From positions 65,947 through 129,946 of IMG/VR virus record IMGVR_UViG_3300034069_000533: DNA of 64,000 bases; one strand, 5' to 3'. A program made the translations under genes and the position numbers. A model generated the notes under the pieces. That model was not told the DNA's origin. It made no database searches and saw only the letters and a list, made by a program, of their open reading frames with translations. This document shows, piece after piece, positions 1 to 8,231 of the stretch. The stretch is from a virus (lineage: Duplodnaviria; Heunggongvirae; Uroviricota; Caudoviricetes). Each line of letters begins with the position of its first letter. The first letter of the stretch is position 1.

Positions 1-157
1 GCAACCTCGTTCGTCACGTCAGCGCGGTCCTCATGCACGCGCTTTAGCGGCGCATAAGTGGACGTAACCAGCATTGCCTTATAGCTGGCGCTATCCGGGT
101 CAACTAGGCCGCGCCACACATTTTCAATAAACTTGTTATAAATAAGATTGGCCATTG

Positions 158-649
158 CTAAACTCCATATTTTACGTCAAGAGAATGGATGTGATCGCCA
201 CATAAAAGCTCGACTGTTTCGATCAATCCTAATTCTTCTTGGGTAATAATGTTATCCATAACCGTAGCTTCTAAAATTCCGCGTTCCTCGTATTGCGAAT
301 TATTTAAAAGCATTGGGACGTTTCTAACAACGTCAACCGTAATGGTAAGCCCGAATGGCGCGGCAGCTTCTACAGCGGACGGCCCCCGGATTCTCGCGGC
401 AATGGCCTCCAACCTCTCGTAAGCCTCGGCGCCGTAGCGCTCAAGCTCTATGGTCCGCACAATGGGCACAACGACGCGGGCGTTGCCGTCAGCGTCCACA
501 GAGCTAACGTGAATCCCCGCCGGCATAACGCTGCGGACAGCCAGTGTGGAGTATGGTTTATCGGGCCGGTTGGCGTTTTGATCCCGGTAAATTAACCGGC
601 CCGGAGTGCAATACAATGCTAGATAATTTAGCACGTTGGAAAGGCTCAT
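158..649 (-). CDS. hypothetical phage structural protein (end of head/connector module)
   Basis: 163-aa ORF co-oriented and tightly packed with the capsid module; no recognisable motif. Confidence 0.35.
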   Translation of the reverse strand: MSLSNVLNYLALYCTPGRLIYRDQNANRPDKPYSTLAVRSVMPAGIHVSSVDADGNARVVVPIVRTIELERYGAEAYERLEAIAARIRGPSAVEAAAPFGLTITVDVVRNVPMLLNNSQYEERGILEATVMDNIITQEELGLIETVELLCGDHIHSLDVKYGV

Positions 650-1038
650 TAAATAACCTCCCCGTTGGAATTCTCTATTTCTGGCGTCAGCAAATACCGC
701 GCATGCGAAGTATCAACATCATCCAGTGAATCATATTTTGAAACAGCAATAGCTAAATAACGCTTGTCATTATAAATAACAATATCGCCGGGATAGCCTT
801 TTTGTTCTCCTGCAACTTTAATATCAACGTCAATATCCGTGTAACACCGCAGCACGCCAGAGAAGCGCCGCCCCTCCGGGTTGGCTTCTAGCCGCTGATA
901 ATCGCTGGACGATGCTGGATGGATATTAGCCATTAATGGAATTGGCGCGCTGACAGATGGCGGGTTTTCCCGGCCATCTGTATAGCCGGATTCGGTGCGG
1001 CGCAGATAATAATACTGCTTAGGGAAAAGTACGCCCAT
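649..1038 (-). CDS. hypothetical phage structural protein
   Basis: 129-aa ORF; its stop overlaps the upstream gene start (ATGA-type coupling). Confidence 0.35.
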   Translation of the reverse strand: MGVLFPKQYYYLRRTESGYTDGRENPPSVSAPIPLMANIHPASSSDYQRLEANPEGRRFSGVLRCYTDIDVDIKVAGEQKGYPGDIVIYNDKRYLAIAVSKYDSLDDVDTSHARYLLTPEIENSNGEVI

Positions 1039-1502
1039 TACTTGCGCGACTTTTCATAATTGACCGCACCAATTAAAATGCCGTGGTCAATAAGCGGAGT
1101 GCTGCTTTTCTTCATCTTAATTGTCAATGGAGAATTTGGCACCGCCCATGATTTAGATGTGCGAATAGTCTCCCGAACCTTGGATTGGTAATACAAGCCA
1201 ACGGCGTTAAGCACCTGATTTGGATTCAGGCGCCGGGAAATCATCTGCTTAATCAGCAGGGCAAATTGTCCGTTGGCTGTCCTGAGCGAACGGCGCTCTT
1301 GGTCGGCGGTGCGGCGCATAAATGGCCGCGATGGAATGCTTTCGGTGCCAAACTCGTTCCAAGTGGCATAATCAACAACAGGCGTACCGTCCTGAGACGG
1401 CCCGCCGGCCAGAAAGCCGACCTTAACTGAACGGTCTTTTAGCGCCGCAATGTCAAGCTGAATTCTATTCCAACCGCGATCACGCCGAATGACATTGGCC
1501 AT
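1038..1502 (-). CDS. putative head-tail joining/minor structural protein (HK97 gp10-like?)
   Basis: 154-aa ORF downstream of capsid genes; weak resemblance to gp10-type head-tail proteins; coupled to neighbours. Confidence 0.3.
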   Translation of the reverse strand: MANVIRRDRGWNRIQLDIAALKDRSVKVGFLAGGPSQDGTPVVDYATWNEFGTESIPSRPFMRRTADQERRSLRTANGQFALLIKQMISRRLNPNQVLNAVGLYYQSKVRETIRTSKSWAVPNSPLTIKMKKSSTPLIDHGILIGAVNYEKSRK

Positions 1503-1508
1503 GCTGCA

Positions 1509-1964
1509 TTACCCATATGCGGTCATAATGCCGCCACGGCGTACCGGCTTTTGTCCTTCTTCCAAAACTGGCGTGCAAATTTCCCAAAGTGCCTGCCAAG
1601 CGGAATAGGCGGTGCCAGGGCCAGTTAAATTGGATTTGACTTGCGTAATCGTGGTATTTTCGGAAGCAGAGGTTGCGTATTTGACGCGGGTATCACCCTC
1701 TTGCTTTTCAACAATTGGCCCAGCTACAGTTGGCGTGGTCGTCTTTTTAGTGACGTTCGCTTTCTGTCGGGCAATAAACTCTGTTACATAAACCGCGTAA
1801 TGTGCCTGAGCCTGATTCTGCCGATCTTCGGTCAGGCATTCCGGGCGGTATGCCGCCGCCACGGAAATTGCCATTTCCAAATCTTGTTCGGGAACAAATC
1901 GCGGATCATCGCCATCCTCAATATAAGGATAGAAGAACCGGACCCATTCCCGAACAGTCGGCAT
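1509..1964 (-). CDS. hypothetical head-completion/connector protein
   Basis: 151-aa ORF in the structural operon. Confidence 0.3.
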   Translation of the reverse strand: MPTVREWVRFFYPYIEDGDDPRFVPEQDLEMAISVAAAYRPECLTEDRQNQAQAHYAVYVTEFIARQKANVTKKTTTPTVAGPIVEKQEGDTRVKYATSASENTTITQVKSNLTGPGTAYSAWQALWEICTPVLEEGQKPVRRGGIMTAYG

Positions 1965-1975
1965 TAATTAGCTCT

Positions 1976-2215
1976 TTACTTGGTCGCCGGCTTTGGTGCG
2001 GGCGGCTTAACGGGCGGCGGATCGTTTTCATCGTCAAGCTCAGACTTCAGCTTGATTTCGCCCTTTTCAATATCACGCCGATCAAGATAAATCTGAATCA
2101 ACGGATGATCCAGCATATCGGCGGATAGCGGAATAGGCTCGCCGGGGACCATAAGCACCCCGCCGGGCAGATGAATAGCCCGGCGGGAAGTGTTGGTATA
2201 CATCGGGTCAGCCAT
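1976..2215 (-). CDS. hypothetical small structural-module protein
   Basis: 79-aa ORF between major capsid and connector genes. Confidence 0.3.
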   Translation of the reverse strand: MADPMYTNTSRRAIHLPGGVLMVPGEPIPLSADMLDHPLIQIYLDRRDIEKGEIKLKSELDDENDPPPVKPPAPKPATK

Positions 2216-2218
2216 GAC

Positions 2219-3238
2219 TTATAGCCCCTCCATCTTGGCCAGCGCGAGCGGCTGACGGACAATAACGCCCGCAGTCTGCGCCTCACACGGCACCACAAGC
2301 TCTAGACCGCGCGCCTGCGGCGGATGCTCGGTAAACTCAAGCACCGACTCATAGGCATAATAGTTCTGATTGCGGTCAGCGAAAATCATGGCGTGCGTCC
2401 CGCCAGCGCCAGCGCCGGCAAGCTCCTGCACTTCCACAATCTGCACATCAGGAAACGTCTCCTGAATTAGCTGCATCGCGGTCGTGGAAGTGTTCGCCAC
2501 GCGACGGCGCAGCGCCGCAATGCGAAGCTGATAGGGCATGCCAACCACGGTCGGGCGGAAATTACCCTTGGACTGCGCATAAATCGCGCTCATGCCATCG
2601 GTAAAATCCTGCGCAATCTGATCGGCAGTCCGCGCCGCATCGCTCCAAGTGCCGTTGGTCGGCACCACGGCAGGGATATTCGGGTGATTAACCAGCCCAT
2701 AAATATTATAGGCAGCGTCACCACGAACCTTAATGCTGTTGATCTTGCGGTCAACAACATCGCGCGCCACGGCAGCCTTACGGGCCGGAAGACCGGCGCC
2801 GCCAAACACGGCGTTTCGCACTTCCTGAAAGGTGTAGCCATAGCTCACGCCGATGGTCTGGACGCGGGCGGTACGCTCAACCGAACGCACGTCAACGCGC
2901 GGCAGATCATCAACATTGGCGCCGATAATCTTGGCCATACCAACAGCATCATAAATGCGGTAGACCACGCTTTCCGCACCAACGGGAATTTCGTTGGAGG
3001 TCGGCACAAGCGCGTCAATGCCGGGCGTATTGCGCAGAACGCTAATGGTGCGGGCGCTGACGAAATCCAGCGCACGCGCAACATAAATGCTATCCGCGTC
3101 ATTACGCAAATTAATGGCGTGCGCCATCTGCCGAACGGCACTCAGCGTATTCGCCTCGTAGCCCGTCCAAGTTTCGTCAAAACGCTCGGGGACGGAAGCT
3201 AAAAGCGCATCCCGGCCGCTAGTCTGAGTGCCGCTCAT
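2219..3238 (-). CDS. putative major capsid protein
   Basis: 339-aa ORF immediately downstream of scaffold and decoration-like genes, the usual position of the major capsid gene; no transmembrane segments, Ala/Val-rich. Confidence 0.55.
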   Translation of the reverse strand: MSGTQTSGRDALLASVPERFDETWTGYEANTLSAVRQMAHAINLRNDADSIYVARALDFVSARTISVLRNTPGIDALVPTSNEIPVGAESVVYRIYDAVGMAKIIGANVDDLPRVDVRSVERTARVQTIGVSYGYTFQEVRNAVFGGAGLPARKAAVARDVVDRKINSIKVRGDAAYNIYGLVNHPNIPAVVPTNGTWSDAARTADQIAQDFTDGMSAIYAQSKGNFRPTVVGMPYQLRIAALRRRVANTSTTAMQLIQETFPDVQIVEVQELAGAGAGGTHAMIFADRNQNYYAYESVLEFTEHPPQARGLELVVPCEAQTAGVIVRQPLALAKMEGL

Positions 3239-3257
3239 TTCAAATACTTCCCTTTAA

Positions 3258-3743
3258 TTAAGCAACAGCCGGGGAATGAAGCTCAACCTGAACAATAATC
3301 TGCGATCCGGTATCAATTCCCGGCACAGACAGATTAGCGGTTAAAAACTTCGCATTCGGCAGCGTCGCAGTGCCGGCATCGGAAAATAGGCCGGTCGCCG
3401 GATCATACTTCGCAACCGCATCCTTCGTGCAGGTGCCCGACGCGCGGCCCCAAATACGGCCGCGCCGCATCACGGACATTGCATCGCCCTGAAGGTAATT
3501 GTCGCCATTACCAACAAGCCGCGCGCCGCCGCGATGATCGTGGATGGCGACGCCCTCTGGAACGTTGGTCCCAATCGGCAGAACCGACACGCCAGTTGCC
3601 GTCACGGAAGCCACAACAGAGCCATAAGGCTGCGCCGTCGCACCGCAAGGCACCGTCACCTTATCGGTAAAGCCGCTGTCGGCAATCATGCCGGCATAAG
3701 CGGGCGGGTAATCGTAATTGGCGTTCCAAGTAACCGGCTGCAT
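3258..3743 (-). CDS. hypothetical structural protein (possible head decoration/DUF2190-like)
   Basis: 161-aa Gly/Thr-rich ORF between scaffold and capsid genes. Confidence 0.3.
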   Translation of the reverse strand: MQPVTWNANYDYPPAYAGMIADSGFTDKVTVPCGATAQPYGSVVASVTATGVSVLPIGTNVPEGVAIHDHRGGARLVGNGDNYLQGDAMSVMRRGRIWGRASGTCTKDAVAKYDPATGLFSDAGTATLPNAKFLTANLSVPGIDTGSQIIVQVELHSPAVA

Positions 3744-3758
3744 CTTAAATACTCCCTA

Positions 3759-4928
3759 TTAAACGCGAGCCAGCGCGCGGCGAAGGTCAGCGGAGGAACG
3801 AATAACCTGCGCACTATCCTGACGCGGCGCCGGATTACCTTCCTGGCCACCGCCATTCGCAGCAATACGGTTACGGTCGTTCGTCTCGGTCGCCTTCTTC
3901 ACCTTGGCAGTCTCGGCATCAAAAGCGAACGCAACGTAAGCGTCTTCCTTGCCGTCAAACTTATAAACGTCAGGCGCCAGCTTATTCGTAACCGCCTCAC
4001 GAATGGCGCGCGGCGTCATATCCGGCTTGGCGTCAACGCCATGCGCCTTGGCCACGGACTCTAGCTCTAGCCGGGCGCGAACGTCCGCAACGGCGTCCTC
4101 ACGGGCCTTGGCAATCGCCGCCTCATGCTTGGCAACGTCAGCCTTCAGCGCGTCACGCTCAGCCTCTAGAGCGTCGGCGCGGGCCTTCTCAGCCTTGGCG
4201 GCATCGGTGCCAGCCTTGGTCGCGTCGGCAATAGCCGAATCGGCCCGCAGCTTATCAGCCTCGCGCGCCGCCTTCTCGGCAGTCAGCGCCTCGTTGACGC
4301 GATCAAGCGCGGCGGCAACTTCCGGCTGCGCCTGATAATCCAGGCGGTCAACGCGGACGGTAACAAGGCGGGGGAGATTGCTCGGCTCGGCCATAATGCT
4401 TTGATCCTCAATCTTAACAGATGCTTCCGCTGCATCCTCACGGTCTAAACGAAGCCTTGCATTACCAGCACGGCCCCGCGTGACAACGGCTAAATGATTG
4501 CCGCGAAGGTTCCTTTGAATGGCATCGTATCGCTGCCCGTCAATCTCGCCGGGCGTTTCGTCAAGCTCAAGGCTGTAACCTAGTGATAACTCCCGTCGCG
4601 CTCCAATCTTCTTTGTCCGGTGAATGACGATTTCTGCCCGGAGATTGGAGTCCTCGCGCTTGCCCTCGGTCAAAACGGCGCCAACAATGGCGTCGTCGTT
4701 GTCTTCATTGACTCGGCCGGGGTGTCCGTCCGTTACCGGCAAGCCGCGAAGGCTATTCAAATGCTCATCGGAAAAGACTTCCTCTGGCGGACGGTATTCG
4801 CGCTGCACCGTACCGTCAGCCCGGCGGTATTCAAAAATGCCGGAACGCGTTAAAATTGGATTATCCTTAATCCAACCTTCGGGCGTCTTTGCCGCTTTGG
4901 AAATGTCAATAAAATCGTAACGGAGCAT
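3759..4928 (-). CDS. DUF2213-like prohead scaffold/protease protein
   Basis: 389 aa; N-terminal globular domain followed by a long A/E/K-rich coiled coil (AKAEKARADALEAERDALKADVAKHEAAIAKARE), typical of scaffolding proteins; position upstream of the capsid gene. Confidence 0.5.
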   Translation of the reverse strand: MLRYDFIDISKAAKTPEGWIKDNPILTRSGIFEYRRADGTVQREYRPPEEVFSDEHLNSLRGLPVTDGHPGRVNEDNDDAIVGAVLTEGKREDSNLRAEIVIHRTKKIGARRELSLGYSLELDETPGEIDGQRYDAIQRNLRGNHLAVVTRGRAGNARLRLDREDAAEASVKIEDQSIMAEPSNLPRLVTVRVDRLDYQAQPEVAAALDRVNEALTAEKAAREADKLRADSAIADATKAGTDAAKAEKARADALEAERDALKADVAKHEAAIAKAREDAVADVRARLELESVAKAHGVDAKPDMTPRAIREAVTNKLAPDVYKFDGKEDAYVAFAFDAETAKVKKATETNDRNRIAANGGGQEGNPAPRQDSAQVIRSSADLRRALARV

Positions 4929-5155
4929 TTTAATAACCTTCCGTTAAATACGCCAACTCGTTCGTTGACCTCTAGTTCCAAAAGAATGAGTCAAGCAATC
5001 TTTTTTCTTGCGGCCCGTGGCGGATTGAATTATGTTCAAGGGGTCGCGGCGGTTTCTGGCCAGAGGCTTGGAGGCGGTTGCAAACGTATTCTTGGCTTAG
5101 TTGCTGAGCGTTCCGTCAGAGACGGGAGCTATTGCATTAGCCGCCGCGACACTGT

Positions 5156-5232
5156 GCGGGCTTATTCCAATCGGTAGAGAAATGCAGCTTAAACCTGTTA
5201 CAGTGTGGGTTCGAATCCCACAGCCCGCACCA
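5156..5232 (+). tRNA. tRNA, class-I architecture with 7-nt loop cTTAAac (anticodon UAA, Leu-type) and encoded CCA
   Basis: Acceptor gcgggct/agcccgc, T-arm gtggg-ttcgaat-cccac, discriminator A plus CCA; hand-folded. The variable arm is only 5 nt, unusual for tRNA-Leu. Confidence 0.55.
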
Positions 5233-5284
5233 TTCATCGCTTGACCATCCATCCCGCAACCATTAAACCCCAAATCAGCGCTAC

Positions 5285-5358
5285 GCTCCCGTAGCCCAAT
5301 TGGCAGAGGCGTTAGGTCTAGGCCCTAATCAGTGTTGGTTCGAGTCCGACCGGGAGTA
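5285..5358 (+). tRNA. tRNA, class-I architecture with loop tcTAGgc (anticodon UAG, or CUA if shifted); C33 is non-canonical
   Basis: Acceptor gctcccg/cgggagt (one G-U pair), anticodon stem ttagg/cctaa, T-arm gttgg-ttcgagt-ccgac; short variable arm. Confidence 0.5.
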
Positions 5359-5379
5359 TTTCGCGCTTTTTGGTTTTAT

Positions 5380-5453
5380 CAGAGCGTAGCTCAGCTTGGT
5401 AGAGCGTTTGCTTTGGGAGCAAAATGCCGTTGGTTCAAATCCAACCGTTCTGA
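5380..5453 (+). tRNA. tRNA-Pro: tRNA-Pro (TGG)
   Basis: D-arm tagctcagcttggtagagc, anticodon loop tTTGGGa, T-loop ggttcaaatcc, acceptor cagagcg/cgttctg. Confidence 0.75.
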
Positions 5454-5459
5454 TTTTAT

Positions 5460-5540
5460 GGTAAGGTGGGCGAGTGGTTGATGCCGTCAGACTGTAAATC
5501 TGATCCTTCGGGCGCGTTGGTTCGAATCCAACCCTTACCA
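5460..5540 (+). tRNA. tRNA-Tyr: tRNA-Tyr (GTA), class II with long variable arm
   Basis: Acceptor ggtaagg/ccttacc, anticodon stem tcaga/tctga with loop cTGTAAa, variable arm tccttcgggcgc, T-arm gttgg-ttcgaat-ccaac. Confidence 0.75.
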
Positions 5541-6344
5541 TTACCTCAAAACCTGCAAGCCAGGGAACACCGGCTCAGAATTACACCGGCAACGAATCTC
5601 GGAACCGGGCTTAATGCCCGGATCACTCCATTTATAGGTTTTGCCATCACGCACCCGATGCGTTGGTCTAACGCGCTCATCTTGGCTAGTGCGCCAGATA
5701 TATTCGTCAATGCCAACCGAACGCTGCCGCATTTCGGCTAGCTGGCCATTCAATCGGCCAATCTGATCGCGCGCAATTAACTCAGCCCGACTACGGCCAA
5801 CGCCCGCGCGATCCTGCACAATCTTTGCAAGGTCTTTCATGGACGCGCCTTGCGTAAAGGCTCGCACCATTTCCCCACGCATTTGCTCAATAATGCGGTC
5901 AGGGATTGATTTAATTAATGCTAAGTTTTCCTGTTCCCACGCTTGTAGCATACCCGCCAATTGCGGCTCGCCGCGCAGAATATCCACCCCATATGCCGCC
6001 CTTACCTGCTTTCGCCAATCGGTTAGGTTCTTTGCATTAATCTGACGGCCAATGGGTTGAACGGTATTTAAGCCGTCTAGCAGTCTTTTTGCGATCTTAT
6101 CTGCGACGCCAAGCAAAAAACTAGCTAGCGTGGAATACCATGCGTCAACGCGCTGGTTACGCTCAGCGGCAACATCAGCAATAATCATCGGGCCAATGGT
6201 TTTTAGATCATTAAGCGCCGCGCGCTCCAAATCATTAACGATAGCTAGCAGCTTCGCTTTATATTCTAGCTCTGCCGTTAATGGGTAGCGAAGCGGCGGA
6301 ATTTTATTCTTCCGCCGCCGCACCATGGTTGCCGCTATGGCCAT
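5541..6344 (-). CDS. phage head morphogenesis protein, Mu F-like / SPP1 gp7 family
   Basis: 267 aa; C-terminal signature RVRPTHRVRDGKTYKWSDP...CRCNSEP is typical of Mu F-like minor head proteins; sits between portal and scaffold. Confidence 0.6.
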   Translation of the reverse strand: MAIAATMVRRRKNKIPPLRYPLTAELEYKAKLLAIVNDLERAALNDLKTIGPMIIADVAAERNQRVDAWYSTLASFLLGVADKIAKRLLDGLNTVQPIGRQINAKNLTDWRKQVRAAYGVDILRGEPQLAGMLQAWEQENLALIKSIPDRIIEQMRGEMVRAFTQGASMKDLAKIVQDRAGVGRSRAELIARDQIGRLNGQLAEMRQRSVGIDEYIWRTSQDERVRPTHRVRDGKTYKWSDPGIKPGSEIRCRCNSEPVFPGLQVLR

Positions 6345-6856
6345 TAGCCGCCGCTGACGGTATCGCCCGCAGGCGTCTCGCCGGTCGGCTCGGTAGTCAC
6401 CCCGCCAGGGGCAGTATCGTCGCCGCCAGGGCCGGTCCCGCCGCCGGACACGGTATCCGTACCGTCGCCCGGCTCGCCGCCCTCTACGGACGTTCCCTGC
6501 GTCACCGCCTCAACGATGCCAGCCACGCCCGCGCGCAAGTCCTTGTTGAAGGCATCGAACGCGGCAAGCTGCTCAGGCGTGGCACCCTTGGCCAGCGCAT
6601 CGGCAACGGCGCGGTCAATACGCGCCGGGATGCCCTCGGCCAGCGCGCGAACGCTGTCGCGCACGGTCCCAAGGTCGGAAATGGTAGAGCGCAGTTCGTC
6701 AAGCTCACTCTGCATGGTCGTGGACATTTGGCGTAATCCCTCAATGGCTTGGGCAACCTCGCTGGCGGGCACCCCGCCAGAAAGCCGGTCCAGCAGACTC
6801 AGAATATCATCCATCTTGGTCGCGCTAAACGACACGGTAAAAGGCATCTTACGCAC
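6344..6856 (-). CDS. hypothetical protein with Gly/Thr/Pro-rich C-terminus
   Basis: 170-aa ORF translationally coupled to the portal and Mu F-like genes. Confidence 0.35.
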   Translation of the reverse strand: MRKMPFTVSFSATKMDDILSLLDRLSGGVPASEVAQAIEGLRQMSTTMQSELDELRSTISDLGTVRDSVRALAEGIPARIDRAVADALAKGATPEQLAAFDAFNKDLRAGVAGIVEAVTQGTSVEGGEPGDGTDTVSGGGTGPGGDDTAPGGVTTEPTGETPAGDTVSGG

Positions 6857-8231
6857 TCCCTGCCAGGGTATCGTTGCCGCCCGTTACCGTATCGCCAGCG
6901 TTGGCCGGATTAGCCGGGTCAAGCGGCTCATCGGGCAACGGCGGCTCATATACGGTATTCTTTAAATCCAATTCAGGAAAAGCAAGGTCGGCACCGGAAC
7001 GCGCTTCCTCTGGCGAAATCGCCTCAATATCGCGGCCAATCTGCAAAGCCTCCATGGTGGTTTTGCGGGCATTGGCTTTGATTTGATCGGTTTCCGCCAT
7101 TTCCTTTGCTGATGGAGAAAACAGCGAGCCAAATAGCAAGCGCCATGTCTCAGGCTCGCTTTCCTTGGCAACCTTTTGCGCCCATAGCAGCCCGGCCAGA
7201 TATTCAATTGCCGGGCGCATATTGCGCTCATGAATCGAGCGAATAAGCGAGTGATAAATAGATTGCTCGCCCTCGCCCCGGCTGCCTAATCCCTTAATGT
7301 CAGAGCCAAACAAAATAACTTGCGGGATTTTGGACGAAGCAGATAGCGCGGTCTGCATCGCGCCAACCACAATATCAATACCGCCAAGGCTCAGGTCAAT
7401 AATGGTATATTTATCGCCATCACCCTCGCCGTTGCCCGGCCCGCCATCAATGGTGATGCCATTCAGTAAGCCGCGCACCGCATCAGTCAGCGCGATTTTG
7501 TCACGGACGATGCTTTTGCCTTCTTCAGAGCCAAGCAATTCCGAAAGTCCGGCCATGGAATGCACCGCCTGCTGTTTCCGCTTCATAATCTCGCGGGCAA
7601 GCTGCAAGCACGTCCGGTAATTGCTCAGGTCTTCGTGGCAGGCGCCAAGCACGGACTTGCCCTGCCAGGGCAGATTGGATGCTACCCGATAATTACGGCC
7701 TGACTTGTCGCCGGTAAACTTAATCAGGCGACTTTCATGCACCACAAATGGCAAGCCGTATTCTGGCGATAGCTCATAAAAAACCGGATGCCCGTAATTT
7801 TTCAGCCGGGCATCGGTGTAACGCTGCTCCCTGGCATTAATAGACATGCCGGGATAAGGGATAAGACTATCAATAACCTCAAGGTTATTTATATCAATCG
7901 GCTCGCGTAAATCTTTGCCATCTTGTGCCAGAATAAACAGCGCAGAAGCGCCACGCAAACGAGCAAGCCGAATTGCCTCGTTGATTGCTGCAAAAGCGTC
8001 AATCCGATCAAACTCATTTAGAATAAAGTTATTTTCGTCACCTTCAATGGTAAAGCCGCAGGATACCGCGTCATCCGCTGGCTTCTCAACAATGGTGGCC
8101 GCAATACCGTCGCGCTCATAAAGCCATTCGGAATCAAAAAACAAATGATTATTGCTGAGAGCGCCATAGGGCCGCATGCCAGAAACAACGTCTAGCAGTC
8201 CATCGGCGCGAATGCCGCTCATCTGATTCAT
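6849..8231 (-). CDS. phage portal protein (DUF1073-type)
   Basis: 460 aa, directly downstream of the large terminase with overlapping stop/start; size and acidic C-terminus fit a portal. Confidence 0.55.
   Translation of the reverse strand: MNQMSGIRADGLLDVVSGMRPYGALSNNHLFFDSEWLYERDGIAATIVEKPADDAVSCGFTIEGDENNFILNEFDRIDAFAAINEAIRLARLRGASALFILAQDGKDLREPIDINNLEVIDSLIPYPGMSINAREQRYTDARLKNYGHPVFYELSPEYGLPFVVHESRLIKFTGDKSGRNYRVASNLPWQGKSVLGACHEDLSNYRTCLQLAREIMKRKQQAVHSMAGLSELLGSEEGKSIVRDKIALTDAVRGLLNGITIDGGPGNGEGDGDKYTIIDLSLGGIDIVVGAMQTALSASSKIPQVILFGSDIKGLGSRGEGEQSIYHSLIRSIHERNMRPAIEYLAGLLWAQKVAKESEPETWRLLFGSLFSPSAKEMAETDQIKANARKTTMEALQIGRDIEAISPEEARSGADLAFPELDLKNTVYEPPLPDEPLDPANPANAGDTVTGGNDTLAGSA

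Noticed and set aside
3479-4335. Plus-strand ORFs antisense to capsid and scaffold genes (3534..4064, 4003..4335 and others)
   Set aside because: Ala/Arg/Ser-rich antisense artefacts of GC-rich coding DNA.
5329-5741. ORFs 5329..5541 (-) and 5466..5741 (+)
   Set aside because: They overlap the four-tRNA cluster and have no RBS or context. Treated as spurious.
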